NCBI GenBank assembly: GCA_965204755.1
Contig: OZ242011.1
Coordinates: forward strand, 704,001-768,000
Source of the DNA: Candidatus Marinacidobacterium sp.
Lineage (GTDB): Bacteria > Acidobacteriota > Vicinamibacteria > Marinacidobacterales > Marinacidobacteraceae
DNA: 64,000 nucleotides
Direction: 5' to 3'
Part shown: positions 21,909 to 30,700 of the stretch, piece by piece
Numbering within the stretch: the first letter of the stretch is position 1
How the letters are laid out: each line of letters opens with the position of its first letter
Translations under genes and position numbers: made by a program
Notes under the pieces: model-generated
Told to the model about the DNA's origin: nothing
Database searches by the model: none
What the model saw: only the letters and a program-made list of their open reading frames with translations

Positions 21909-22910
21909 TTGGCGCCCCCGACCGAGTTCCCCGTAGGCGCCGACGAGGACGGCGACCGCCTCGACCGGATCGCCTCCCGGCGGTTCCCGGAGACCAGCCG
22001 GAGCGAAGTCGCCCGCTGGGCCCAGGACGGGCGGATCCTGTTGGACGGCCGCCCCCGCCGCCCCGGAACCGCCTGCCGCGCGGGCCAGCGGGTCCGCGTC
22101 GCGCCGCCGGAGGCGCCGGCCGGCCCGGGGCTCGACCCGGAGCCGATCCCTCTCGCCATCCTCCACGAGGACGAACACCTCGCCGTCCTCGACAAGCCGC
22201 CGGGGCTGGTGACCCATCCCGGGCCGGGCCACCCGACGGGGACGCTGGCGCACGGGGTGGCCGCCCGCTACCCGGAGACCGCCGGCGTGGGGGCGCCGGA
22301 TCGGCCGGGCATCGTCCACCGGCTCGACCGGGGCACTTCCGGCGTCCTCGTCGTCGCCCGCACCGAGCCGGCGCGCCTCCGGCTCGCCGAGGCGTTCGCC
22401 GCCCGGACCGTGGACAAACGGTACCTGGCGCTGGTGCTGGGCCGGTTCCCCGAGCCGCGCCGCCTGGCGGAGCCCATCGGGCGCGATCCGCGGCATCCGC
22501 AGCGGTACCGGGTCCGGGGGCGGTCGGCCAAGGACGCGGAGACCGAGGCGCGGCCGCTGGAGGAACTCCCGCTCAGCGCGTGGCTGGAACTGCGGCTCCA
22601 CACCGGGCGGACGCACCAGGCGCGGGTGCACCTGGCCGGGGCCGGGCGGCCGCTCGCCGGGGACGCCCTCTACGGCCCGGCGGCGCCGAAGCGGGGAGGC
22701 GGACGGGCCGGGGCGGCGCTGCGGCGGCTGACCCGCCCCGCCCTCCACGCCGCCGCCATCACCTTCCCCCATCCGGCGACCGGCGAAGCCGTCCGCTTCG
22801 AGGCGCCGCTGTCCGAGGACCTGGCGCGAGTCCTCGCCGACCTGCGGGAAGCGGCGCGGGAGGGCGACCCGGCGCGCGATCCGCCGCCGGGAAGGCCCCG
22901 GCTCGCTTAG
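21909..22910 (+). CDS. rluD: RluA/RluD-family 23S rRNA pseudouridine synthase with S4 domain
   Basis: RLD S4 domain, DKPPGL, IVHRLDRGTSG, TGRTHQ, LHA. Confidence 0.88.
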   Translation: MAPPTEFPVGADEDGDRLDRIASRRFPETSRSEVARWAQDGRILLDGRPRRPGTACRAGQRVRVAPPEAPAGPGLDPEPIPLAILHEDEHLAVLDKPPGLVTHPGPGHPTGTLAHGVAARYPETAGVGAPDRPGIVHRLDRGTSGVLVVARTEPARLRLAEAFAARTVDKRYLALVLGRFPEPRRLAEPIGRDPRHPQRYRVRGRSAKDAETEARPLEELPLSAWLELRLHTGRTHQARVHLAGAGRPLAGDALYGPAAPKRGGGRAGAALRRLTRPALHAAAITFPHPATGEAVRFEAPLSEDLARVLADLREAAREGDPARDPPPGRPRLA

Positions 22911-22967
22911 GATTCGCGCGCCGCCCGGCGTCCCCCGTCCGCGCCCGGCGACCCCCGGCCAGCATTC

Positions 22968-23519
22968 ATGGCGACCTCCCGCCCCGGAACCGTCCTCCGG
23001 GGCGACGAATTCCGGGCCGCGCTCTCCCGCCTCGGCGAGCGGATCGCCGGGGAGACCGCCGACCCGCTGGCCCTGCTCGGCATCCGCCGGCGCGGCGTCC
23101 CGCTGGCCGCCCGGCTCCGCTCGCAACTGCTCGCGCTCGGCCGGACCGACCTCGCCTCCGGGGAGTTGGACATCAACCTCTACCGGGACGATGTCCACGA
23201 CCGGGGCATCCCCGCGGTCGGCGAGACCCGCATCCCCTTCCCGCTGGAAGAGCGCCACCTGGTGTTGGTGGACGATGTGCTGTTCACCGGGCGGACGGTG
23301 CGGGCGGCGCTGACCGCGCTCAGCCACTTCGGCCGCCCGAAGAGCGTCCGGCTGGCGGTGCTGGTGGACCGGGGCGGGCGCGAACTCCCCATCGCGCCGG
23401 ACTTCGTGGGGCTCACGCTGCCGACGGCGCCGAACCGCCTGGTGCGGGTCCGCGTCGCCGAGGAAGACGGCGAAGACCGGGTCTATTCGGTCCCGCTCCC
23501 GGAGGCCGGCGCCGCGTGA
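22968..23519 (+). CDS. pyrR: Bifunctional pyr regulator / uracil phosphoribosyltransferase
   Basis: LDINLYRDD, LVDDVLFTGRTVRAAL, DRGGRELPI. Confidence 0.95.
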   Translation: MATSRPGTVLRGDEFRAALSRLGERIAGETADPLALLGIRRRGVPLAARLRSQLLALGRTDLASGELDINLYRDDVHDRGIPAVGETRIPFPLEERHLVLVDDVLFTGRTVRAALTALSHFGRPKSVRLAVLVDRGGRELPIAPDFVGLTLPTAPNRLVRVRVAEEDGEDRVYSVPLPEAGAA

Positions 23520-24475
23520 ACCACCTGCTCGGCATCCGGGGCCTCTCCCGGGAAGACGCCGTCGCGATCCTCGACGCCGCGCCCCGCTACCGCGAGATCT
23601 CCGAGCAGCCGGTGCCCCGGGCGCCGCTGCTGGTCGGGCGCGCGGTCACCCACCTGTTCCTCGAGCCCTCGACCCGCACCCAGGCCTCGTTCCAGTTGGC
23701 GGCGAAGCGGCTCTCCGCCGAGCCGCTCTCCTTCTCCGCCCGCTCGTCGTCGCTCAGCAAGGGCGAAACCTTCCTCGACACCGCGCGGACGCTGGCCTCG
23801 ATGGCCCCGGACATCATCGTCGTCCGGAGCCGCGAGTCCGGCGCTCCCGGCTACCTCGCCCGCGAAATCCCCGGCGCCAGCGTGGTGAACGCCGGGGACG
23901 GGATGAACGAGCACCCCACGCAGGCGCTGCTCGACGCGTTCACCATCCGGGAGCGGCGCGGCCGGATCGAGGGCCTGACGGTGGCCATCATCGGCGACCT
24001 GCTCCACAGCCGGGTGTTCCGCTCGAACGCGCGGCTGCTCACGCTGCTGGGGGCGCGGGTGCGCTGCTCCGGCCCGCCGCCGCTCATGCCGCCGGGGCTG
24101 GAGCGGCTGGGGGTCGAGCCGGCGCTGCGGGTGGAGGAGGCGCTCGAAGGGGCGGACGCGGTGATGGTGCTCCGCATCCAGCACGAGCGGATGCATGCCT
24201 CGTTCATCCCGTCGGAGCGGGAGTACTACGCCGAGTTCGGGCTGACCGCGGAGCGCCTCGCGCTCACGAACGAGGCGCTGGTGCTCCATCCGGGGCCGCT
24301 GAACCGGGGGGTGGAGATCGCCTCGGAAGTCGCCGACGGCCCGCAGTCGGTGATCCTGGAGCAGGTGCGGAACGGGGTGGCGGTGCGGATGGCGGTGCTG
24401 GTGGAGGTGGCGCGGAGCCGCGCCGGCGGTCGGCGGGCCCGGGGGTCGTCGGACGGAGGGGCCGGTGGCGGCTGA
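23516..24475 (+). CDS. pyrB: Aspartate carbamoyltransferase catalytic subunit
   Basis: EPSTRT, NAGDG..EHPTQALLD, HSRV, HPGPLNRG. Confidence 0.96.
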   Translation: MNHLLGIRGLSREDAVAILDAAPRYREISEQPVPRAPLLVGRAVTHLFLEPSTRTQASFQLAAKRLSAEPLSFSARSSSLSKGETFLDTARTLASMAPDIIVVRSRESGAPGYLAREIPGASVVNAGDGMNEHPTQALLDAFTIRERRGRIEGLTVAIIGDLLHSRVFRSNARLLTLLGARVRCSGPPPLMPPGLERLGVEPALRVEEALEGADAVMVLRIQHERMHASFIPSEREYYAEFGLTAERLALTNEALVLHPGPLNRGVEIASEVADGPQSVILEQVRNGVAVRMAVLVEVARSRAGGRRARGSSDGGAGGG

Positions 24476-25760
24476 GGCGGGGCCGCTCCTGATCCGGGGC
24501 GCCCGGATCGTGGATCCCGCGTCGGGGCGGGACGCGGTCGGGGACCTCCGGATCGTGGACGGGGTGATCGCGGAGTCGTCGGCCTTCGGCGGTGACGGGA
24601 GCGGCGGCGAGCGCGTCTTCGAGGCCGACGGGCTGGTGGCGGTTCCCGGCTTCTGCGACCTCCACGCCCACTTCCGCGAGCCCGGCCTCGAATACAAGGA
24701 GACGGTGGCCTCCGGCGCGGCGGCGGCGGCCGCCGGCGGGTTTACTTCGGTGGCCTGCATGGCGAACACCGACCCGGTGAACGACAACCCCTCGGTCACC
24801 GCCCACATCCGGGCGCTGGGGGCCGAAGCCGGGTTCGCGCGGGTCTATCCCATCGCCGCGACGACCCGCGGGATGGGCGGCGAGCGGATCACCGAGTTCG
24901 GGGCGCTCCGCCGGGCGGGGGCGGTGGCCGTCTCCGACGACGGGTTGCCGATCGAGGACCCGGCGGTGATGCGGCGCGCGCTGGACTACGCGCGGCTCTT
25001 CGACCTGCCGGTGATCGAGCACTGCGAGACGCTGGCGCTCACCGGCGAAGGAGTGATGCGGGAGGGCTCGCTCTCCACGGCCATCGGGCTGCCGGGCATC
25101 CCGGCGGAGTCGGAGTTCATCGCGGTGGAACGCAACCTGGCGCTCGCCGAGTTGACCGGGGCGCGGCTCCACATCGCGCACCTCTCCACCGCGCGGTCGG
25201 CGGAGGCGGTGCGCCGGGCGAAGGCGCGGGGAGTGCGGGTCACGGCGGAGGCCACGCCGCACCACCTGGCGCTGACCGAGGAGGCGGCGTCGGGATACGA
25301 CACGGCGGCGAAGATGAAGCCGCCGCTTTCGTCCGAGTCCGACCGGGAGGCGGTGGCGGCGGCGCTCGCGGACGGGACGGTGGACGCGATCGCCACCGAC
25401 CACGCCCCGCACCACGAGGACGAGAAGAACCTGTGCTTCCAGAGCGCGCCGTTCGGGGTGGTGGGGCTGGAGACGGCGGCTTCGGTGGTGCTGGATCGGC
25501 TGGTGCGGCCGGGGGTGGTGTCGCTGGGGGACGCGGTGCGGGCGCTGTCGTTGCGGCCGCACCGGATCCTGGGGGTGCCCGGCGGGGAGTTGGCGGCGGG
25601 GAGTCCGGGGGATGTGACCTTGTTGGACCTGGAGGCGGAGGTTTCGGTCGCTCCGGAGGCGTTCCGCAGCCGGGGCCGGAGCACGCCGTTCGCGGGGATG
25701 CGGTTCACCGGGGCGGTGGTCGCGACTTTCGTGGGCGGGCGGCAGGTGTTTTCGCGCTGA
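24465..25760 (+). CDS. pyrC: Dihydroorotase
   Basis: DLHAHFREPG, HCE, HIAHLS, ATDHAPH. Confidence 0.95.
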   Translation: MAAEAGPLLIRGARIVDPASGRDAVGDLRIVDGVIAESSAFGGDGSGGERVFEADGLVAVPGFCDLHAHFREPGLEYKETVASGAAAAAAGGFTSVACMANTDPVNDNPSVTAHIRALGAEAGFARVYPIAATTRGMGGERITEFGALRRAGAVAVSDDGLPIEDPAVMRRALDYARLFDLPVIEHCETLALTGEGVMREGSLSTAIGLPGIPAESEFIAVERNLALAELTGARLHIAHLSTARSAEAVRRAKARGVRVTAEATPHHLALTEEAASGYDTAAKMKPPLSSESDREAVAAALADGTVDAIATDHAPHHEDEKNLCFQSAPFGVVGLETAASVVLDRLVRPGVVSLGDAVRALSLRPHRILGVPGGELAAGSPGDVTLLDLEAEVSVAPEAFRSRGRSTPFAGMRFTGAVVATFVGGRQVFSR

Positions 25761-25792
25761 CCTTCGCGACAGGCAATGTGTCCGGGCGATAA

Positions 25793-26013
25793 CAGCCCGT
25801 GGAGAAAGTCCGGGGAGCCCCCGTCGGCGCGAAGCGCCGACCGGGGAGGGTGGCGGGGAGGGGGTGGACCCCTCCCCGCGATAGATGGCGGGGGGAATCG
25901 CGCAGCGATTCGCGCCGCCGGCCCGTGGGAAGAGCGCCCCGCCGCGGAACCGAACGCGGACTCGGCGCCCTCGCGTCGACGCGTGGACGGCGGGGCGCTG
26001 TTTCCACGGGCTG
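25793..26013. mobile_element. 221-bp MITE/REP-like element, copy 2
   Basis: Same length and layout as 17035-17255; ends CAGCCCGTGGAGAAAG ... CTGTTTCCACGGGCTG. Confidence 0.8.
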
Positions 26014-26035
26014 ACAAGTCCGGGGGCTGAGCGGC

Positions 26036-26920
26036 GTGCCCCGGCGCGGTTGGGCCGCCGCGGTGGAGGAGGTGTTCCGGCGGAACCGGCGGGCGCCGCT
26101 GGGGTTCGACCCGCTGCGCTTCCCGAAGGAGTTCGAGGACCCGGCGGATCAGGAGGTCGTGGCGTTCTTCGCCTCGGCGCTGGCGTTCGGGAATGTGCGG
26201 AGCGTCCATGCGTCCGTCGGGCGGGTGGTGGAGTGGATGGGGCCGCGTCCGGCGGGTTTTTGCGAGTGGTTGTCGGAGGCCCCGGCGGGGGAGAGCCGGA
26301 CGGAGCGGCGCGCGATTCGCGGGTTCCGCCACCGGTGGATCCACGGCGGGGATGTGGAGCGGCTCGCGGTGATGGTCGGGCGGATGCGCGCGGAGCGCGG
26401 CAGCCTCGAGGCGTGGTTCGCGCCGGGGGTGGCGCGGGACGGGCGGGGGCGGGCGGACCTGGGAGCGGCGATCGAGGCGTTCCGGGCGGCCGCCCTGCCC
26501 TTCGACCCGGCGGGGCCGGGGTCGCCCCGGCCGGCGCCGGTGAGCCGGTCGCGGCCGGGGCCGGCGTGGTTCTTCCCCAGCCCGCGCAGTTCGGCGGCGA
26601 AGCGGACGGCGATGTTCCTGCGCTGGGCGGTGCGGCGGGACCGGCGCGACCTGGCGCTGTGGGACTGCCTCCATCCCCGCGACCTGGTCGTGCCGCTGGA
26701 CACGCACCTGTTCCGCCTGGGCCGCCGGCTGGGGCTCACGCGGCGCGCGACGCCGGGGTGGGCGGCGGCGGTGGAGATCACGCGGGCCTTCGCCCGGCTC
26801 GACCCGGAGGACCCGGTGAAGTACGACTTCCCGCTCAGCCGCCTCGGGATCGTCGAGGGCTGCCCCCGGCACCCGCGCACCGCGCCGTGCGAGTTGTGCC
26901 GGCTGCTCCGGTCGGGTTGA
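26036..26920 (+). CDS. TIGR02757/DUF2400 family protein
   Basis: DP..FP, LAFG, KR..MFLRWAVR, PLDTH, DPEDPVKYDF. Confidence 0.88.
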   Translation: MPRRGWAAAVEEVFRRNRRAPLGFDPLRFPKEFEDPADQEVVAFFASALAFGNVRSVHASVGRVVEWMGPRPAGFCEWLSEAPAGESRTERRAIRGFRHRWIHGGDVERLAVMVGRMRAERGSLEAWFAPGVARDGRGRADLGAAIEAFRAAALPFDPAGPGSPRPAPVSRSRPGPAWFFPSPRSSAAKRTAMFLRWAVRRDRRDLALWDCLHPRDLVVPLDTHLFRLGRRLGLTRRATPGWAAAVEITRAFARLDPEDPVKYDFPLSRLGIVEGCPRHPRTAPCELCRLLRSG

Positions 26921-26941
26921 GACCCGGCGCGGGCCGGGCCG

Positions 26942-27385
26942 TCAGTCCTCCTCGGACGGATCGGCGCTCCCGGTGAGCGGCTCGGCCCAGTCCTCCAGTC
27001 GCAGCCCTTCGATCCGCGTGAAGTGCCGGAGGTTTCGGGTCGCGAGCCGCGCCGAACGCCTGACTGCGATGGATGCGATGACCACATCCATGTCCTCGAC
27101 GCCCAGGCCTCGCCGCTCGAGATCGGCCTTGAGTTTCCCGAACTCCACGGCGGCGGTCTCGTCCCACTCGGTGAAGTTCAGTTTCGAGCGCAGCCGCTCG
27201 TACTCGCCCTCCAGCAGGAGCCGGCGGCGCGATCCGCGCCGCAGCCGCTCAAGCCCGTAGCGAATCTCGGCGGCCACCGGCGCGGGCACGAAGACCCCGG
27301 CCAGATCCTCGTTTCGCAGGTGCTCCCAAGCCGCGTGCTCCCGATTCATCAGGGCCGAGACCACATTCGAGTCGAGAAGCAGCAT
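26942..27385 (-). CDS. vapC: VapC PIN-domain toxin
   Basis: LLDSNVVS, AEIRYG, DMDVVIAS, LATRNLRHF; TGATG coupling to the antitoxin. Confidence 0.9.
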   Translation of the reverse strand: MLLLDSNVVSALMNREHAAWEHLRNEDLAGVFVPAPVAAEIRYGLERLRRGSRRRLLLEGEYERLRSKLNFTEWDETAAVEFGKLKADLERRGLGVEDMDVVIASIAVRRSARLATRNLRHFTRIEGLRLEDWAEPLTGSADPSEED

Positions 27386-27645
27386 CAGAACGGGGGAGTC
27401 CGGCGGCTCCGGCGAGCGCCCGCGATGGAGCGGTCGAATTCCTCGTGACCCCGCCGCAGCAGCCGGAGGTCGGCCTTGCTCAGGTGGCTGTCGCTGAAGA
27501 ACTCCTCGTTCGAAATGTTCTCCCGCTCGACCGCGCGCTGGCAGGACTCGACGATCACCCGGTTCCGGCTGACGCCCAGGGCCGCCGCCATCCGGTCCAG
27601 CGCGGCCAGCAGTTCGTCCGGGAAGTAAACGCTCGTGTTCGCCAT
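27385..27645 (-). CDS. Ribbon-helix-helix antitoxin (VapB-like)
   Basis: MANTSVYFPDELLAALDRMAAALGVSRNRVI is RHH-like; directly upstream of the PIN toxin. Confidence 0.85.
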   Translation of the reverse strand: MANTSVYFPDELLAALDRMAAALGVSRNRVIVESCQRAVERENISNEEFFSDSHLSKADLRLLRRGHEEFDRSIAGARRSRRTPPF

Positions 27646-27664
27646 AACATGACATGTTATACCA
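27644..27664 (-). promoter_or_regulatory. vapBC extended -10 promoter overlapped by a palindromic operator
   Basis: Minus strand reads TGG-TATAAC; perfect inverted repeat ATAACATG-A-CATGTTAT at 27644-27660 overlaps the -10 and the start codon. Confidence 0.7.
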
Positions 27665-27784
27665 CTCGGACCCTGTCTGCAAGCCCGCGGACGCCGGAAG
27701 GGCCTGACGGAGGGAGAGAGCCCCGGACCCCCGGAATCGCCCCGGGAGGTGTCGCGCCCGGGAGGGCGGCGCTCCGGGGGCGGG

Positions 27785-30700
27785 TCAGTCGGACGGCTCC
27801 TCCGGAGGGAACCAAGTCGGGTCGTCTCGGAGTTTCTTGCGGAGGTCCGGCTTCGACAGGTAGTTGGCGAGGCGGCGGAAGTGGCGTTCCATGGCGTCCC
27901 GGTCGTGGAGTTGGTTGGCGGAGATTTCGAGAACTTCCCAGCCGTCGCTGCGGAGGCGGGAGCGGATGTGGCCGTCCTTTTCGGCGGTTTCCGGGTTTCC
28001 GTGGAGGTGGCGGCTGAGGCCGTCGAGGTAGATGCAGACGCCCTCGTCGGGTTCGCCGGTGCGGTAGATCACATCGGGGGTGGTCGCGCCGAGCGGGAGG
28101 CCGAGGCGGATCTGTTCGCCGCGGACGCCTTCGCCGAAGCCGGCGGCGCGGAGCAGGCGCTGCAGGCGCGTTTCCGCTTCGTTCACCGGGACGGCGCCTT
28201 CTTCGGGTTCGGGGGCGGGAGCGCTTGGCGGGATTTGGTGTGTTTCCGCGAGGCCGGTTCCCCATTCGTCGAAGCACTCGATCACGCGGCGCCGATCCAG
28301 GTGGCGGTGGTAGTAGGCGTTCCGGAAGTACTGCAGGCAATCCACACAGGACGCTTCGCAGACCGCCGGGCAGGCGGAGACGATCTCGCGGGCCGCTTCC
28401 GCGATCTCGCCGAATCCGGCCAGCAGGCGGTCGAGCAGGCCGGAGCCGCCGGGCATCGGGTCCCACAGCAGCGCGTTCTTGTGGTCTTCGACGACATCGC
28501 CGATGACGAGTATCTGCAGGTCTTCGCGGTGCATGTCGAGGCATCGCGCGGCGGCGAGGCGCAGCGCTTCGAGGACGCCGTACGCGGTTTCGGCGTCTTC
28601 GCATTCGGGCAGCGACAGCGCGTCCGCCACCGCGTCGGCGTAGAAGCCGGTGTTCTTGGGCGCGCGGCCGCACCGTTCCGCGTGGTCTTCGCGGAACTTC
28701 CGCCGCTGGCGTTCGGAGGAGAACGGCGAAACGCTCTGGCCGCAGACGACGCAGAGCGGGTAGCCGAGGCCGCGGCCTTCGTCGTCGCCGGAAACCCCGA
28801 CATTCACCAGCCGGAGGCGCACGCCGCGGCGGTGGAAGACCGCCTGCGGCCCCCAGCGGTAGGCCTTTCCGCCGTCGTACTGGTTTCGTTCGATGCCGTA
28901 CACCGCCACCGGGAGTTGGAACCGGTGCTCCTCTTCGTCGGAGATGTGGGAGGCGTGGATCAGGTCGGTGTCGCAGACGGAGATCGTCGGGAGGCTCTGC
29001 CCGGCCAGCAGCGAACCTTCTCCCCGGACGGAGGGACGGAGCGCCTGGCGCTCGGTCGAAACCTCGTAGTAGGCCGTCTCCTCCCGCTCTTCGCCGGGTT
29101 CGCGGCGGAATCGCCGGGCGACGAAGCGGCGCCCGTTCGCGTAGATGAGGTTGCCGGGGACATATTCGCGGACGGCGGCGGACGGCGGACGCGGGAGGGT
29201 GAAGTCGCCGTGGTCGGGGAACCACGACGGAACCTCGGCGTAACCGATCACGGAGCCGACTTCGAGGCCGTAGCCGGGGAGGAAACCCTCCGCGGCGAGC
29301 ACGCTGAAGGTGTTGCTGTCGTCGTGGCCTTCGGCCTGCTTCCGTCCGCGCTTCGCGCCCTTCAGGCGGCGCACCGCGGAGTCGCATCTCCGGAACAGGG
29401 ACTCGTCCGCGGGGTCGAGGGTTCCCTGTTTCGACCTTCGGGCGTTCAGGCGCCGGATCTGGCGCATCGCCCAGTCGAGGCGGCGGGCCAGGCGGCGGAC
29501 GACTTCCTCCAGGCGGTCGGCGAACTCGGCGACGCGGGCGGCGATCCGGTCCGGGGTGACCGGGACGCTCGCGTCTTCCGGCCAACCCTGCTCGAAGACG
29601 CGCCGCGCTTCGGCCTCCAAGTCTTCCGCGTTCCGCTCGATCACGCGCCGGAGCGGCGCGAAGTCGAACGGTTCGCTGCGGAGTTCCCGGCCGTCGAACA
29701 GGTACGGGGTGACGCGGCGCGGCAGGCATTCGTCGAGGGCCGCGTGGACGGCGTTTCGTTCTTCCTCCGGGCGCGCCGGGTCGCCGGCGATCCGGTGGAG
29801 ACGGGCGATCACCGTCGCGTGGACATGTTTGGCGACCATTTCCCCGTTCCGCAGGTGGAACGCCGGGGGGTCGATCCGTCCGGAGAGCAACTTCTCCGGC
29901 GCGTCGAAGTAGGCGCGGTCGTGGGACACCGGGCGGCAGTAGGTGAGGTCCACCGCCATGCGATGCCGCCGCCCGGCCCGCCCGGCGCGCTGCCAGTAGT
30001 TCGCCGGGAGCGGCGGCACATTCCTCATCAGCACGGAGTCCAGCCGCCCGATGTCTATGCCGAGTTCGAGCGTGGGCGTGCAGACCAGGCAGTTCACCGC
30101 CTCCGAACCGCCCTTGAAGAGGTTTTCCAGACGCTCTCGCTCGTCGTTCGGGACCATCGCCGTGTGTTCCGCCGGACGCAGCATGGAGTAGGCGCCGTCG
30201 AGGAGCGCGAGGTCGTAGTTGTCCTTCTCCTCCTCGACCCATTCCAGCGTTCCCGGGCAGCGCCAGGCGGGGCAGCGGTCGCGCGGCTGCGCCCACCCGA
30301 ACCGGCGGCGGCACTTCCGGCACCGATGGACGCCCCGGATCGGCTTCAGGAGCAACCGGTCGGCGTCCACCTGGTACTCGTCGCTGACGCCGGGAAGGCG
30401 GCGGCCCTTCGAGCCGACGAGTTTCACGCGGACGAGCAGGCGCAGTTCGACCAGGAAGTCGAACAATTCGGTCAGGAGGGGCTCGATGTCGTCCGTTTCC
30501 GCCTCCCACTTGCCCGCCAACTGCCGCAGGGTGGTGTCGCCGGCGCGACTGAGCCACGGGGTGATCACCTCCTTCTCCATCTCGGCGCCGGGCTCGCGGC
30601 GGAGTTTGGTGGCCGTCGGCCCGGAGGAATGCCGCAGGTATCCCTGCTGGACTTCGAGGTCGCCGTCCATCCAGTACCGGCCGAAGATCCCGTATTCCTC

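Noticed and set aside
22911-22967. PyrR attenuator leader
   Set aside because: Only 57 bp, with no recognisable PyrR-binding loop or U-tract terminator.
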